DNA of 64,000 bases from an uncultured Thermodesulfobacteriota bacterium (GTDB lineage Bacteria > Desulfobacterota > S145-22). Positions 11,326 through 20,833 of this stretch are shown here, in pieces (positions within the stretch are counted from its first letter, which is position 1; every line of letters begins with the position of its first letter). The DNA is taken from assembly GCA_964577975.1 (NCBI GenBank), contig CAZOBB010000068.1, positions 2,041 through 66,040 on the forward strand, in the 5' to 3' direction. The position numbers were made by a program, and so were the translations under genes. The notes beneath the pieces were generated by a model that did not search any database, had not been told where the DNA came from, and saw only the letters and a list, made by a program, of their open reading frames with translations.

Positions 11326-12702
11326 TCATTTCTTAAGGTTTTCCAAATGCGGGGACCATGACGGCATTGTGTTTTTCCCCCTCCCCCGCGTTAGCCTTCG
11401 CTTGAAATTCCCATCAAAGTTCATGATATAGATGTCAACTCCCTGACGTGTGGCTTGGCTGTAAGCGATGTACCTCCCATCTGGTGACCATGTCGGCGAT
11501 TGATTATTGCCTACGAACGTTAGCACATGAATCGCGTTTCCGTCAAGAGAAATTGTACAGATTTGAAATTTGCCGTCAAGGATTCCGCTATAGGCGATTT
11601 TATCGCCTCTTGGAGACCAGGCGGGAGAAACGTTGTAAGAGCCGCGGAAGGTAAGTCGTTTCACGTTTGTTCCATCGACGTTCATAGTGTATATCTGGGG
11701 ATGTCCCGTTCTATTGGAAACAAAAGCGATTTTCTTGCCATCGGGAGACCATGAAGCGGAGAGATTGTCTCCCCATCCTTTCGTGAGTTGTTTGACTTTT
11801 CTTCCCCTTCTGTCAAGAAGGAAGATTTCGGATCCGGAGGGGGTTCGCATGGTAACGGCGAGATACCGACCATCCGGCGACCATGCAGGCGCGGTATTAA
11901 GACCGGTGCGATGGGAGAAAAGAGAGATTTTTCCCCGTATGAAGTCAATGATGTAGAGGTCGGGGTTTCTCCTCAAATAACACGTGAAAGCGATTTTCGT
12001 TCCATCGGGAGACCATCGTGGAGATAGATTGATGGAGCCGTTGTGCGTGACTCTTTTGAGATTTCGTCCATCGAAGTCAATGGTGTAGACTTCTTTGTTG
12101 CCGGGAAGTGTGGAAATGAAAGCGATTTTTGTATCGAAAAGGCCGTCGCTACCTGTAATATGGTAAATGATTTTGTTTTCAAAGGCGTGATAAACCCTGT
12201 CTAATGCCTTGATGGAACCCTTAATTCGGGCCCCTGCTATTTCCTTTGAAAGGGCAACGTCATAGAGATGATATTCGATGGAAAGGGAGTTTTGGACAAT
12301 TCCCACTGTAGTTGCAAGGACAAATTCGGCTCCTAGGTTTTTGTATTTTTTTAAGTCAATATGGTTATGGTAGAGATAGGCTGCTGTTACGGGTGACGGA
12401 ATCTCTTTCCCGGAAATGACGTTGAAAAAACCGGTGATCCATAAGTCGCGAGTAATCCTTTTTTCGAAAAGAAACGGTGTTATTTTCTTTGGGACGAAAT
12501 TGTCGTGCCACCGGGGAGGTAGAATGGCGATGTTGATCTTTCGGATATTCGGGGAAAAGATGTCAAGGTAAACTTTCGCCTCGGAGATAGAGGAGACGGC
12601 TAATACGGCAAAGAAAACGAAGAGAGGCAGGATAAAATTCCGTATGATTTTGTTTTTTCTGTTTATTTTTTCACCTCCAGGAGTTTTGGCTAATATACAC
12701 AT
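11326..12702 (-). CDS. tolB: Tol-Pal system beta-propeller protein TolB
   Basis: 458 aa; signal/TM followed by repeated WSPDG propeller blades (LSPRWSPDGTKIAF, APAWSPDGRYLAV, ASWSPDGKKIAF, PAWSPRGDKIAY, PTWSPDGRYIAY); the exact start codon is uncertain. Confidence 0.85.
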   Translation of the reverse strand: MCILAKTPGGEKINRKNKIIRNFILPLFVFFAVLAVSSISEAKVYLDIFSPNIRKINIAILPPRWHDNFVPKKITPFLFEKRITRDLWITGFFNVISGKEIPSPVTAAYLYHNHIDLKKYKNLGAEFVLATTVGIVQNSLSIEYHLYDVALSKEIAGARIKGSIKALDRVYHAFENKIIYHITGSDGLFDTKIAFISTLPGNKEVYTIDFDGRNLKRVTHNGSINLSPRWSPDGTKIAFTCYLRRNPDLYIIDFIRGKISLFSHRTGLNTAPAWSPDGRYLAVTMRTPSGSEIFLLDRRGRKVKQLTKGWGDNLSASWSPDGKKIAFVSNRTGHPQIYTMNVDGTNVKRLTFRGSYNVSPAWSPRGDKIAYSGILDGKFQICTISLDGNAIHVLTFVGNNQSPTWSPDGRYIAYSQATRQGVDIYIMNFDGNFKRRLTRGRGKNTMPSWSPHLENLKK

Positions 12703-12773
12703 AGCGAGGGGAAGTTGTCAATTGTTGTTTGTGGGAGCTTGCTTTTTTTCCGGTAAATTTTATAATGGATCCT

Positions 12774-13445
12774 ATGAGAATCCTTGTGGTGGAAGACGAG
12801 AAGAAGGTTGCCTCTTTTATTGCCAAAGGTCTGACGGAAGAAAGTTACGCCGTGGATGTGGCTTACGACGGGGAGGAAGGGGCTTTCATGGCATTGGAGA
12901 ATGATTATGATCTCATGGTCCTCGACCTAATGCTCCCAAAACTTAGTGGAATGGAGGTATTGAGAAGGGTGAGGGAGGCCGGAAAAGCCTTTCCTGTACT
13001 CATATTGACTGCAAGAGATTCTGTTGAAGATATTGTGGCAGGATTTGAGGGAGGGAGTGACGATTATCTGACGAAGCCCTTTGCTTTTGCGGAATTATTG
13101 GCCCGTATCAAGGCATTGCTGCGAAGGACACAAGAACAAAAGGTTCCCATTTTGAAGGTGGGTGACTTAACGTTAAATCCATTAACGCGTGAAGTCAAAA
13201 GGGGAGAGAAAGAGATAGAGTTGACTAGCAAGGAGTATGCGTTGCTGGAGTATTTTATGCGGAATGTGAATCGGGTTCTGACAAGGACGTTGATTTCTGA
13301 GCATGTTTGGAATTATGAATTTGATCCTCTAACCAATGTCGTTGATGTCTATGTGAATTATTTGCGAAAAAAGATCGACCAAGGAAATAGCGTGAAGTTG
13401 ATCCACACGGTTCGAGGTGTCGGATATATGATGAAAGAGGGGTAG
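12774..13445 (+). CDS. OmpR/PhoB-family two-component response regulator
   Basis: Receiver domain (MRILVVEDE...DLMVLDLMLP) plus winged-helix trans_reg_C domain (LTSKEYALLEYFMRN...TVRGVGY); divergent from tolB. Confidence 0.85.
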   Translation: MRILVVEDEKKVASFIAKGLTEESYAVDVAYDGEEGAFMALENDYDLMVLDLMLPKLSGMEVLRRVREAGKAFPVLILTARDSVEDIVAGFEGGSDDYLTKPFAFAELLARIKALLRRTQEQKVPILKVGDLTLNPLTREVKRGEKEIELTSKEYALLEYFMRNVNRVLTRTLISEHVWNYEFDPLTNVVDVYVNYLRKKIDQGNSVKLIHTVRGVGYMMKEG

Positions 13446-14861
13446 ATGAAGTTCTTTCAATCCGTTCGCGCCCGTCTAACCTTGTGGTACATTGTTATTC
13501 TGGGGTGTACACTCGTTCTTTTTAGCGCCATCGTTTACTATCAGATGTCGCGAAGCCTCTATAAAAGTGTGGATCATAAAATTTTGACTATCTCGGAAAT
13601 TATTGCCTCTTCCATCGCCCCGAACAGCCGGAGTGTTTTCTCAGACATTGAAAAGAAATTGGCCAAACAGGTAGGGCGTCAGCCTTCTGCCAAGTTCATT
13701 CAACTCCTTGACCGGTCGGGAAATATCGGGAGTAAGTCCCTCAACCTGAGGAACAGGCGTTTGCCGGTTAGCTTCGAGGCTCTCAAGAATGCCTCCAATG
13801 GGATTATTACCTATGAAACGAAAGAGGTGTTTGGAGAGCCCTTAAGGATTATCACGTATCCCGTTAAACAAAAGGGAACCGATGTGCGAAGCATCATCCA
13901 AGTGGCAACTTCCCTTTCCGAGGTCAGGGATACGTTGAAAAAGCTTGTGTTGATTCTCGTTTCCGTGGTTCCATTGGCGTTGATAATAGCGAGTATCGGT
14001 GGGACGTTTTTGGCAAACAAGGTTTTGAAACCCATTGATGAGATTAACCGAATAACGAAAGAGATCACCTCCAAGAACCTGGGGCTTCGAGTTCCTCAGC
14101 CCTCCACCCATGATGAATTGGGACAACTGGTGGAGACAATCAATGGCATGATTGAGCGCCTGGAGAATTCATTCAAGCAGATCCAGCAGTTTACGGCGGA
14201 TGCCTCACATGAGCTGAAAACGCCGTTAACGATTCTCAAGGGAGAGGCGGAACTGGCATTGAGAAAGGAGCGGAAACCGGAAGAGTATCGCCAGTATTTG
14301 GAGAGTAGCTTGGAAGAGATTAATCGCCTCAGTCGACTGGTGCAGGATTTGCTCATTTTGTCGAAGGCGGATATGGGACGGCTGACCTTGCATCGAGAGC
14401 CGGTGGACTTGGTTGCCTTGGCCGATTCCTGTTGTGATCAGTGTAAGTTCCTGGGAGAAGAGAAAGAAATTCAAATTGTCTTCCGAAAATCTCCGAATGT
14501 GTGGGTGGTTGGAGATCGGTACCGTCTGAAACAAATGTTTTACAATCTGATTGAGAATGCGATCAAATACTCGAACGTGGGGAAACGGGTGGAGATAGAG
14601 GTTAAAAGAAACGGATCGTACGCAAGGGTTTCAGTTAGGGACGAAGGTGTTGGGATCGCGGAGGGGGATCTTCCTTTCATCTTCGACCGGTTTTACCGGG
14701 TGGACAAGTCGCGATCCAGGGAAGCGGGGGGGACCGGTTTAGGACTTTCCATTTGCAAATGGATTGCAGAAGCTCATGGGGGGAGGATTACTGTAGAAAG
14801 TGTCGTGGATCAGGGAAGTTGTTTTACCGTTTGGCTTCCCCTTCACCAGGGGAAATTCTGA
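13446..14861 (+). CDS. Sensor histidine kinase (two TM segments, HAMP, HisKA, HATPase_c)
   Basis: TAGATG overlap with the response regulator; H-box ADASHELKTPLT; N-box NLIENAIKYS; G-boxes DEGVGI and GGTGLGLSI. Confidence 0.85.
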   Translation: MKFFQSVRARLTLWYIVILGCTLVLFSAIVYYQMSRSLYKSVDHKILTISEIIASSIAPNSRSVFSDIEKKLAKQVGRQPSAKFIQLLDRSGNIGSKSLNLRNRRLPVSFEALKNASNGIITYETKEVFGEPLRIITYPVKQKGTDVRSIIQVATSLSEVRDTLKKLVLILVSVVPLALIIASIGGTFLANKVLKPIDEINRITKEITSKNLGLRVPQPSTHDELGQLVETINGMIERLENSFKQIQQFTADASHELKTPLTILKGEAELALRKERKPEEYRQYLESSLEEINRLSRLVQDLLILSKADMGRLTLHREPVDLVALADSCCDQCKFLGEEKEIQIVFRKSPNVWVVGDRYRLKQMFYNLIENAIKYSNVGKRVEIEVKRNGSYARVSVRDEGVGIAEGDLPFIFDRFYRVDKSRSREAGGTGLGLSICKWIAEAHGGRITVESVVDQGSCFTVWLPLHQGKF

Positions 14862-14955
14862 TACCTTTACAGATAATATTAAATAATTCTAATCTTTTTT
14901 TAATCGTCTTCTAATTTTCTTTTGCTACACTTTTGGTAAAAGGAGAGGAAAAGAA

Positions 14956-15165
14956 GTGTATTATAAGGTGATCTTAGAGACAGGTCATGTGGGAGCCGGG
15001 AAAAGCCTGGAGAGGGTTGCCTATTGCCGGGGGGGGGACATTCTGTCTGTCTTTGAGAAGGCGCATCGTTTCCCTCGTGTAAAGAAAAAGGCGCGGCGTC
15101 GCGGAATTATTTTGATTCAGCAGATCTCACGGTTGGAATACGAAAAGGGTCACTATAGGACGTAA
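14956..15165 (+). CDS. Hypothetical small protein (69 aa) carrying a Walker-A-like GHVGAGKS motif; possibly a gene remnant
   Basis: GTG start 8 nt after an AAAGGAGAGG RBS; lies inside a 424-nt gap whose 5' part is extremely AT-rich; too short to be a complete P-loop NTPase. Confidence 0.2.
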   Translation: MYYKVILETGHVGAGKSLERVAYCRGGDILSVFEKAHRFPRVKKKARRRGIILIQQISRLEYEKGHYRT

Positions 15166-15285
15166 GATTCATATCTTTTTGTCAATATTTCTGTTATAAA
15201 GTTTGGGATTGTTAAAGAGAAGAGAACCCTTGAGGTGAGACGAAAGGGTTTTCTGTCTTTATGGAATGGGGAAAGGAGGGAAAAA

Positions 15286-17397
15286 GTGCGAAGTAACCGA
15301 TGGTCTGCAGGAGAACTGAAACAGTACCTTGATCGTTATGCGTCTCAATGGGGAGAGGCGTTGGCGATTAGGGTTTATACATCTCAATTGCTGGGAAGGG
15401 ACAAAGAGCTCGTTCTTCATGGAGGGGGCAATACGTCGGTAAAGGCGCCTTTTACAACCTTGTTGCAGGAAGAGGTACCAGCGGTCTATGTCAAAGGCTC
15501 GGGATGGGACATGGCGACGACGGGACCTGAAGGATTTGTGCCTTTGGATATGAAAGCGCTGAAAAAGTTGAGGAAGCTTGCCGCAATAGAAGACAGAGTA
15601 ATGTTTGAGCAGTTTCGTCTCTCCATGTTGCGGATCCTTTCTTTCCATCCATCCATCGAGGCCTTGGCCCATGCTTGGTTACCGTATAAATATGTGGATC
15701 ATACCCATGCCAATGCGATCTTGGCACTTACGAATCAGGAAAACGGGGAGGAGAGAGTGCGGGAGGCGCTTGGGGAAGATGTCGTTATACGTCCGTATCT
15801 TCATCCCGGTTTTCACCTGAGCAAGGATCTTGCCGAAGTGGTTGAGAAGGTGCCGGATTGCAAGGGGGTTGTTCTGTTGCACCATGGCCTTTTTACCTTT
15901 CATGACGATGCCCGCGTGTCGTACGAGACGCATATCGAGTTGGTGAATCGCGCTGAGGCCTACCTGAGAACAAAGGCTTCCAAAACATTTTTCGATGTTC
16001 GGATAGAAAAAAAGGTGTCCCCTTTCTTTCCCCAGTTTGTTCCTATTATTCGAGGGCTTCTTGCGGAAAAGAGAGAGAATCCAGACCATCCTTACGCCCC
16101 CGTGATCCTTCGGACACTGGTGGAAGAAGAGGTTGGAAACATCGTTACGCATCCCCAGTTGGAAAAGATCGTGGAAGGACCAGTCTTGACGGCGGATTTT
16201 CTTATCCGTACCAAACCGTGGTTGGCATGGGTTAAGAATCCTCGGGTGGATGACATGGATGCGCTGCGCCGGCAACTTACCGAAGCGGTGGATGCGTTTT
16301 CGGAAAAATATGTGGCCTATTACCAGAGAGGGAGGGAAAGAACGGGGAGAAAACTTCCGATGTTTAATCCCAAACCTCGGATCCTTGTGATTCAAGGAGT
16401 GGGGGTTTTCTGTTCCGGAGATACGTTGAAAGAGGCAATGATAACGGCCGATTTGGCGTTGGCTACCTTAAGGGTAAAACGTGACATTGCGGCGATGGGT
16501 GGGGTGTACAAAGGGATTGAAGAAGCAAGGTTGTTTGAGATGGAATATTGGGAGCCCCAAATCGCGAAGCTTTCTGCGGGGAATAGAGGAGTGTTAGAGG
16601 GAAAGGTGGCTGTGATTACGGGGGCCGCGGGTGCGATTGGTTCAGCGATTTGTAGACGGCTTTTGGAAGAGGGGTGTGTCGTCGTGGGGACGGATTTGGA
16701 AGGGGATCCGTTGAGGGGTTTGGCGGAGGAATTGGAAGGAAGATTTGGGAAGAATTTCTTTGCGTTGCCGATGGACGTGACGGATGAGGCGTCGGTTCGG
16801 CAGGCCTTCGATACGATTCTCCTTCAGTTTGGAGGAGTGGACATTCTCGTGCCCAATGCGGGGGTGGCGTTTGTGAAACCGCTGGACGAGCTTGAGCTGG
16901 AGGATTTTCGAAGGGTTCACCGCGTAAACGTGGAAGGAACCCTCCTTTTCTTGAAATGGGGAGGGCGGATCCTGAAGAGCCAGGGGACAGGAGGGGATAT
17001 TATCTTTATCTCCACTAAGAATGTGCCCGCCCCTGGAGCGAGTTTTGGTGCGTATAGCGCGACGAAGGCCGCCGCACACCAGTTGGCGAGGGTAGCGAGT
17101 TTGGAGTTGGCTCCCTATGGAATTCGAGTGAATAATTTGGCCCCGGATGCCGTCTTTAGGGGAGAGGAAGGTAGAAAATCGGGTTTGTGGGAGGTTTGTG
17201 GACCTGAAAGGATGAAGAGTCGAGGGCTCGACGAAAAAGGGTTGGAGGAATATTATCGCAACAGGAACCTTCTCAAGATTCAGGTTAGAGCGGAGCATGT
17301 GGCGAATGGGGTGGTCTTTTTCGCCTCACGCCAGACCCCTACGACGGGGGCGACCCTCCCGGTGGACGGGGGATTGCCGGAAGCGACACCTCGATAG
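15286..17397 (+). CDS. Bifunctional class-II aldolase (rhamnulose-1-phosphate aldolase-like) / short-chain dehydrogenase
   Basis: GTG start after a GGAAAGGAGGG RBS; N-terminal aldolase-II/adducin fold; C-terminal SDR with TGAAGAIG Rossmann motif and YSATKAA catalytic YxxxK. Confidence 0.8.
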   Translation: MRSNRWSAGELKQYLDRYASQWGEALAIRVYTSQLLGRDKELVLHGGGNTSVKAPFTTLLQEEVPAVYVKGSGWDMATTGPEGFVPLDMKALKKLRKLAAIEDRVMFEQFRLSMLRILSFHPSIEALAHAWLPYKYVDHTHANAILALTNQENGEERVREALGEDVVIRPYLHPGFHLSKDLAEVVEKVPDCKGVVLLHHGLFTFHDDARVSYETHIELVNRAEAYLRTKASKTFFDVRIEKKVSPFFPQFVPIIRGLLAEKRENPDHPYAPVILRTLVEEEVGNIVTHPQLEKIVEGPVLTADFLIRTKPWLAWVKNPRVDDMDALRRQLTEAVDAFSEKYVAYYQRGRERTGRKLPMFNPKPRILVIQGVGVFCSGDTLKEAMITADLALATLRVKRDIAAMGGVYKGIEEARLFEMEYWEPQIAKLSAGNRGVLEGKVAVITGAAGAIGSAICRRLLEEGCVVVGTDLEGDPLRGLAEELEGRFGKNFFALPMDVTDEASVRQAFDTILLQFGGVDILVPNAGVAFVKPLDELELEDFRRVHRVNVEGTLLFLKWGGRILKSQGTGGDIIFISTKNVPAPGASFGAYSATKAAAHQLARVASLELAPYGIRVNNLAPDAVFRGEEGRKSGLWEVCGPERMKSRGLDEKGLEEYYRNRNLLKIQVRAEHVANGVVFFASRQTPTTGATLPVDGGLPEATPR

Positions 17398-17467
17398 GGG
17401 GGGACAACTTGAATTTTGGGGTGGAGTGTGGCATTTTATGATGCACTAGATTGAGAAGGAGGCGTTC

Positions 17468-17917
17468 ATGGAAGTAATATTGATGGAGGATATACCGGAA
17501 CTGGGAAAGATTGGGGATGTGGTTAAGGTAAAGGATGGGTACGGAAGAAACTACCTCATTCCGGCAAAAAAGGCCATTAGGGCGACGACACGGAACCTGA
17601 AGAGATTGCAGCATGAAAAACAGCTTGCGCAGCACCGAATCCAAAAGGCCCACCAAAACGCCGAGGCCTTGAAAGAGAAAATTTCAAACCTCGTGTGCGT
17701 TATCAAAAAGGCGGCAGGGGATACGGGAAAACTGTTTGGATCTGTTACGAGCATGGAAATCGAAGCCTATTTGAAGGAACATGGGGTGCCGGTGGATAAA
17801 AAGCAGATTCATCTGGAAGAACCCATCAAATCGGTTGGGTCTTTTGAAGTGCCCATTCGTTTGATGGAAGGTGTTACGGCAACCTTGAAGTTGGAGGTTG
17901 AGGCGGAGGAGAAATGA
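17468..17917 (+). CDS. rplI: 50S ribosomal protein L9
   Basis: 149 aa; MEVILMEDIPELGKIGDVVKVKDGYGRNYLIP is the canonical L9 N-terminus. Confidence 0.92.
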   Translation: MEVILMEDIPELGKIGDVVKVKDGYGRNYLIPAKKAIRATTRNLKRLQHEKQLAQHRIQKAHQNAEALKEKISNLVCVIKKAAGDTGKLFGSVTSMEIEAYLKEHGVPVDKKQIHLEEPIKSVGSFEVPIRLMEGVTATLKLEVEAEEK

Positions 17918-19284
17918 GCCTTCCCTTGTCAAAACCCTCTGCGGAACGGATTCCTCCCCATAATGTAGAGGCGGAACAGGCCATTTTGGGAGGAATTTTA
18001 CTTGACCCGGATGCTTTGGGAAGGGTGTTGGAGCTTGTGGAACCGGAGGATTTTTATCACGAGGCCCACCAAGCCATCTATCAGCAGATGCTGAACCTCT
18101 TCGAGCGGGGTGAGCCAATAGACCTTATCACTTTGACGGAAAGCCTTCAAACGCGCCAACTTTTGGAACGGTGTGGAGGAGCTCCTTATATCGCGGGGCT
18201 TACGGATATTGTTGTCACATCTGCGAATATCACGCATTACGCGCGGATCGTTAAGGAAAAAGCGACGTTGCGGAAATTGATGCAGGTGACGAGTGATATC
18301 TTTTCGCGGTGTTTTGAATTGGATATGGAGGTCGATGCCTTCTTGGATGAGGTGGAAAAAAAGATATTTAGTATCGCGGAAAATAAGATCCATCCCGATT
18401 ATTACCCCATCAAGGAGGTTGTGAAAGAGAGCTTTGAGCAGATCGAGCGTCTGACGCAGGCGAAGGAGTTTATCACCGGCGTCCCAACGGGTTTCGATGA
18501 CTTGGATAGATACACGGCAGGGTTTCAACCATCGGATCTGATTATCGTAGCGGGACGTCCTGGGATGGGGAAAACAGCCTTTGCCTTGAATGTGGCCCAA
18601 CACTGTGCGACGCAGCACGGGATTGGGGTGGGAATCTTTTCTCTCGAGATGTCGAAGAATCAGCTAGTCACTCGCATGCTGTGTTCCGAGGCCCAGGTGG
18701 ATTCCCAAAGGTTGCGACGCGGGTATATCGAATTGGCGGAAATGCAGCGTCTCATCCAGGCCGCGGGGAAGCTGGCGGAGGCACCGATTTTGATAGACGA
18801 GACGGCTTCCACCGTTTTGGAGATTCGGGCCACCGCCAGGAGGATGATGGCAGAAGGGAATATCGGTCTTCTCATCATCGATTATCTTCAATTGATGAGG
18901 GGGCGTGCCGGAGCGGAACGGCGGGAACAGGAGATCTCGGAGATTTCAAGGTCCCTGAAACTTTTGGCAAAGGAACTTAATATTCCTATCATTGCCATTT
19001 CCCAGTTGAATCGAAGGGTGGAAGACAGAAAAGGTAAACGTCCTGAATTGGCAGATCTCCGAGAGTCGGGGGCGATAGAACAGGATGCGGACCTGATATT
19101 GTTTATCTTTCGGGAAGAGGTGTACAAGCAGGACGAGGCGAGCCCCAACAAAGGAGAGGCGGAAGTTATTATTGGCAAACAGAGGAATGGCCCGACAGGG
19201 GTTGTGAAGTTGGCTTTCTTGAGCCAGTATACCACCTTTCGAAATTTGGCGGTTAGACGGGAAGAGGAATCGATCATGCAATAA
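17914..19284 (+). CDS. dnaB: Replicative DNA helicase DnaB
   Basis: ATGA overlap with rplI; N-terminal DnaB domain (PHNVEAEQAILGGILLD); Walker A GRPGMGKTAF; Walker B LLIIDYLQLM; arginine-finger region. Confidence 0.95.
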   Translation: MSLPLSKPSAERIPPHNVEAEQAILGGILLDPDALGRVLELVEPEDFYHEAHQAIYQQMLNLFERGEPIDLITLTESLQTRQLLERCGGAPYIAGLTDIVVTSANITHYARIVKEKATLRKLMQVTSDIFSRCFELDMEVDAFLDEVEKKIFSIAENKIHPDYYPIKEVVKESFEQIERLTQAKEFITGVPTGFDDLDRYTAGFQPSDLIIVAGRPGMGKTAFALNVAQHCATQHGIGVGIFSLEMSKNQLVTRMLCSEAQVDSQRLRRGYIELAEMQRLIQAAGKLAEAPILIDETASTVLEIRATARRMMAEGNIGLLIIDYLQLMRGRAGAERREQEISEISRSLKLLAKELNIPIIAISQLNRRVEDRKGKRPELADLRESGAIEQDADLILFIFREEVYKQDEASPNKGEAEVIIGKQRNGPTGVVKLAFLSQYTTFRNLAVRREEESIMQ

Positions 19285-19307
19285 ATAACGCATAGGGAGG
19301 TTGGGTT

Positions 19308-20399
19308 ATGAAAAAGGTAATGAAGGCTGGAGTATTGTTAGGATTGATTGGAATAGTGACGGTGTTTCTTTCCTGTGCGCCGACGGCGGAGGTGACGAGT
19401 GGGACGGGAGGTCCCTCCATGGGACAGGCGCAAGCGGAATACTATAATGGGCCGAAGGCCAGAATTGCGGTGGCACGATTTGATGTCAAGGCGGCAAAGG
19501 CTCGTGATATCTATGGCTATGCCCAAATAGGGGATGGACTGGCAGAGATGCTGACCACGGAGCTTTTCAACACGAACCGTTTTATCGTGTTGGAGCGTCA
19601 ACAGCTACAGGACATCTTAAAAGAACAGGATCTGGGAGCTTCGGGACGAGTCAGACCCGAGACGGCGGCTCCCATCGGACAGGTGGAAGGCGCGGAACTG
19701 CTGGTTTATGGTGCCGTCACGGCATTTGAACCCAACTATCGGGGAGGCGGCGGCGGCTTAGTCGTTCCCGGCTTGAATTTTGGGTTGGGGGCAGGTGCGA
19801 AACAGGCCTATATGGCAATCGATCTGAGAATTGTGGATACGCGAACATCCCGGATATTAGCGGCTACGTCTGTCGAGGGGAAGTCCACCGACTTTGGCGC
19901 TGTTTTTGGAGCGGTTATTGGTGGAGGGAAAACGAGGATGCCGTTGGGCCTGGGAGGTTGGCAAAATACGCCGATGGAAAAGGCGATCCGGGTTTGTATC
20001 AAAAGGGCGGTTGACTTTATCGTAAGCCGGACTCCTCCTCAATACTATCACTACAATGCGCAGGGAATGCCTATCAGCGCTCCCCAAGGCAATTATGGAG
20101 CTGGCGGAGGGGGATCCGCTGCCGGTGGAGCACCATCCGGAAATCGTCCTCAACACCAACTGAACAGACCCGGTGGGCCCTCTCCGCAAACAAATCAGGG
20201 GGGGGGTGATATCGTGGTGGTTAAAGCCTTTAAAGCGAATATCCGAAAATCGAATTCGACCAACAGTCCCATCGTAACAACCGTGAAACGCGGAGAGAAA
20301 CTAGTCATCCTGGAAGAAAAAGGTGACTGGTATCATATTCAAACGGAATCGGGTGTAATGGGATGGGTCTATAAATTTCTCACCCGTCGGGGTGATTGA
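19308..20399 (+). CDS. CsgG-family lipoprotein (curli-secretion-pore homologue) with Gly-rich linker and C-terminal bacterial SH3 domain
   Basis: Lipoprotein signal with LSC lipobox; CsgG-like core (ARIAVARFDVKAA...GLAEMLTTELFNTNRFIVLERQQLQDILKEQ); low-complexity Gly tract; C-terminal SH3_3-like segment (VVKAFKANIRKSNSTNSPIVTTVKRGEKLVILEEKGDWYHIQTESGVMGWV). Confidence 0.75.
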   Translation: MKKVMKAGVLLGLIGIVTVFLSCAPTAEVTSGTGGPSMGQAQAEYYNGPKARIAVARFDVKAAKARDIYGYAQIGDGLAEMLTTELFNTNRFIVLERQQLQDILKEQDLGASGRVRPETAAPIGQVEGAELLVYGAVTAFEPNYRGGGGGLVVPGLNFGLGAGAKQAYMAIDLRIVDTRTSRILAATSVEGKSTDFGAVFGAVIGGGKTRMPLGLGGWQNTPMEKAIRVCIKRAVDFIVSRTPPQYYHYNAQGMPISAPQGNYGAGGGGSAAGGAPSGNRPQHQLNRPGGPSPQTNQGGGDIVVVKAFKANIRKSNSTNSPIVTTVKRGEKLVILEEKGDWYHIQTESGVMGWVYKFLTRRGD

Positions 20400-20412
20400 G
20401 AAGGGCGGAAAA

Positions 20413-20826
20413 ATGAAGCGCTTTTATGTGTATGTTCTTGTTTTCGTGCTTGGGTTGGGGGTGATAGGGGCACCCCCAACCAGGGCGAAGGTGATCTCCA
20501 AGAGGGTGGCCAAGATCTACCAGATTCGAATTTACCAGCGGGGCCCTAAAATGGCTGGTCCCCAGCAGACCTATTGGAATTTGAATGTGAATTACGTGGG
20601 CCCAGGGGATTTGGGCAATCTAATAAGTTTGGAGGTCTTCGTAAATAATCGCATGGAAGTTGAGGCGGTTAAAATCGTACGGAAAACCTACGATAGAAAG
20701 ATTGTGAGCTCCTTGTTGCGAAACGTGTCAGAGCTTTCCATCGAATATGTGCCGCCGGGTTCACCGGTGCGGGGAAAAGACCTCCAAATTACCGTATTGA
20801 CGATGGACGAACTAAAAATTCCATGA
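20413..20826 (+). CDS. Hypothetical secreted protein (about 137 aa, N-terminal signal peptide)
   Basis: Starts 14 nt after the CsgG-like stop; hydrophobic signal VYVLVFVLGLGVIGAPPTRA; no recognisable domain. Confidence 0.5.
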   Translation: MKRFYVYVLVFVLGLGVIGAPPTRAKVISKRVAKIYQIRIYQRGPKMAGPQQTYWNLNVNYVGPGDLGNLISLEVFVNNRMEVEAVKIVRKTYDRKIVSSLLRNVSELSIEYVPPGSPVRGKDLQITVLTMDELKIP

Positions 20827-20833
20827 AGGGGTC

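Noticed and set aside
15679-17298. Minus-strand ORFs 15679..16395 and 16642..17298
   Set aside because: Antisense to the aldolase/SDR gene.
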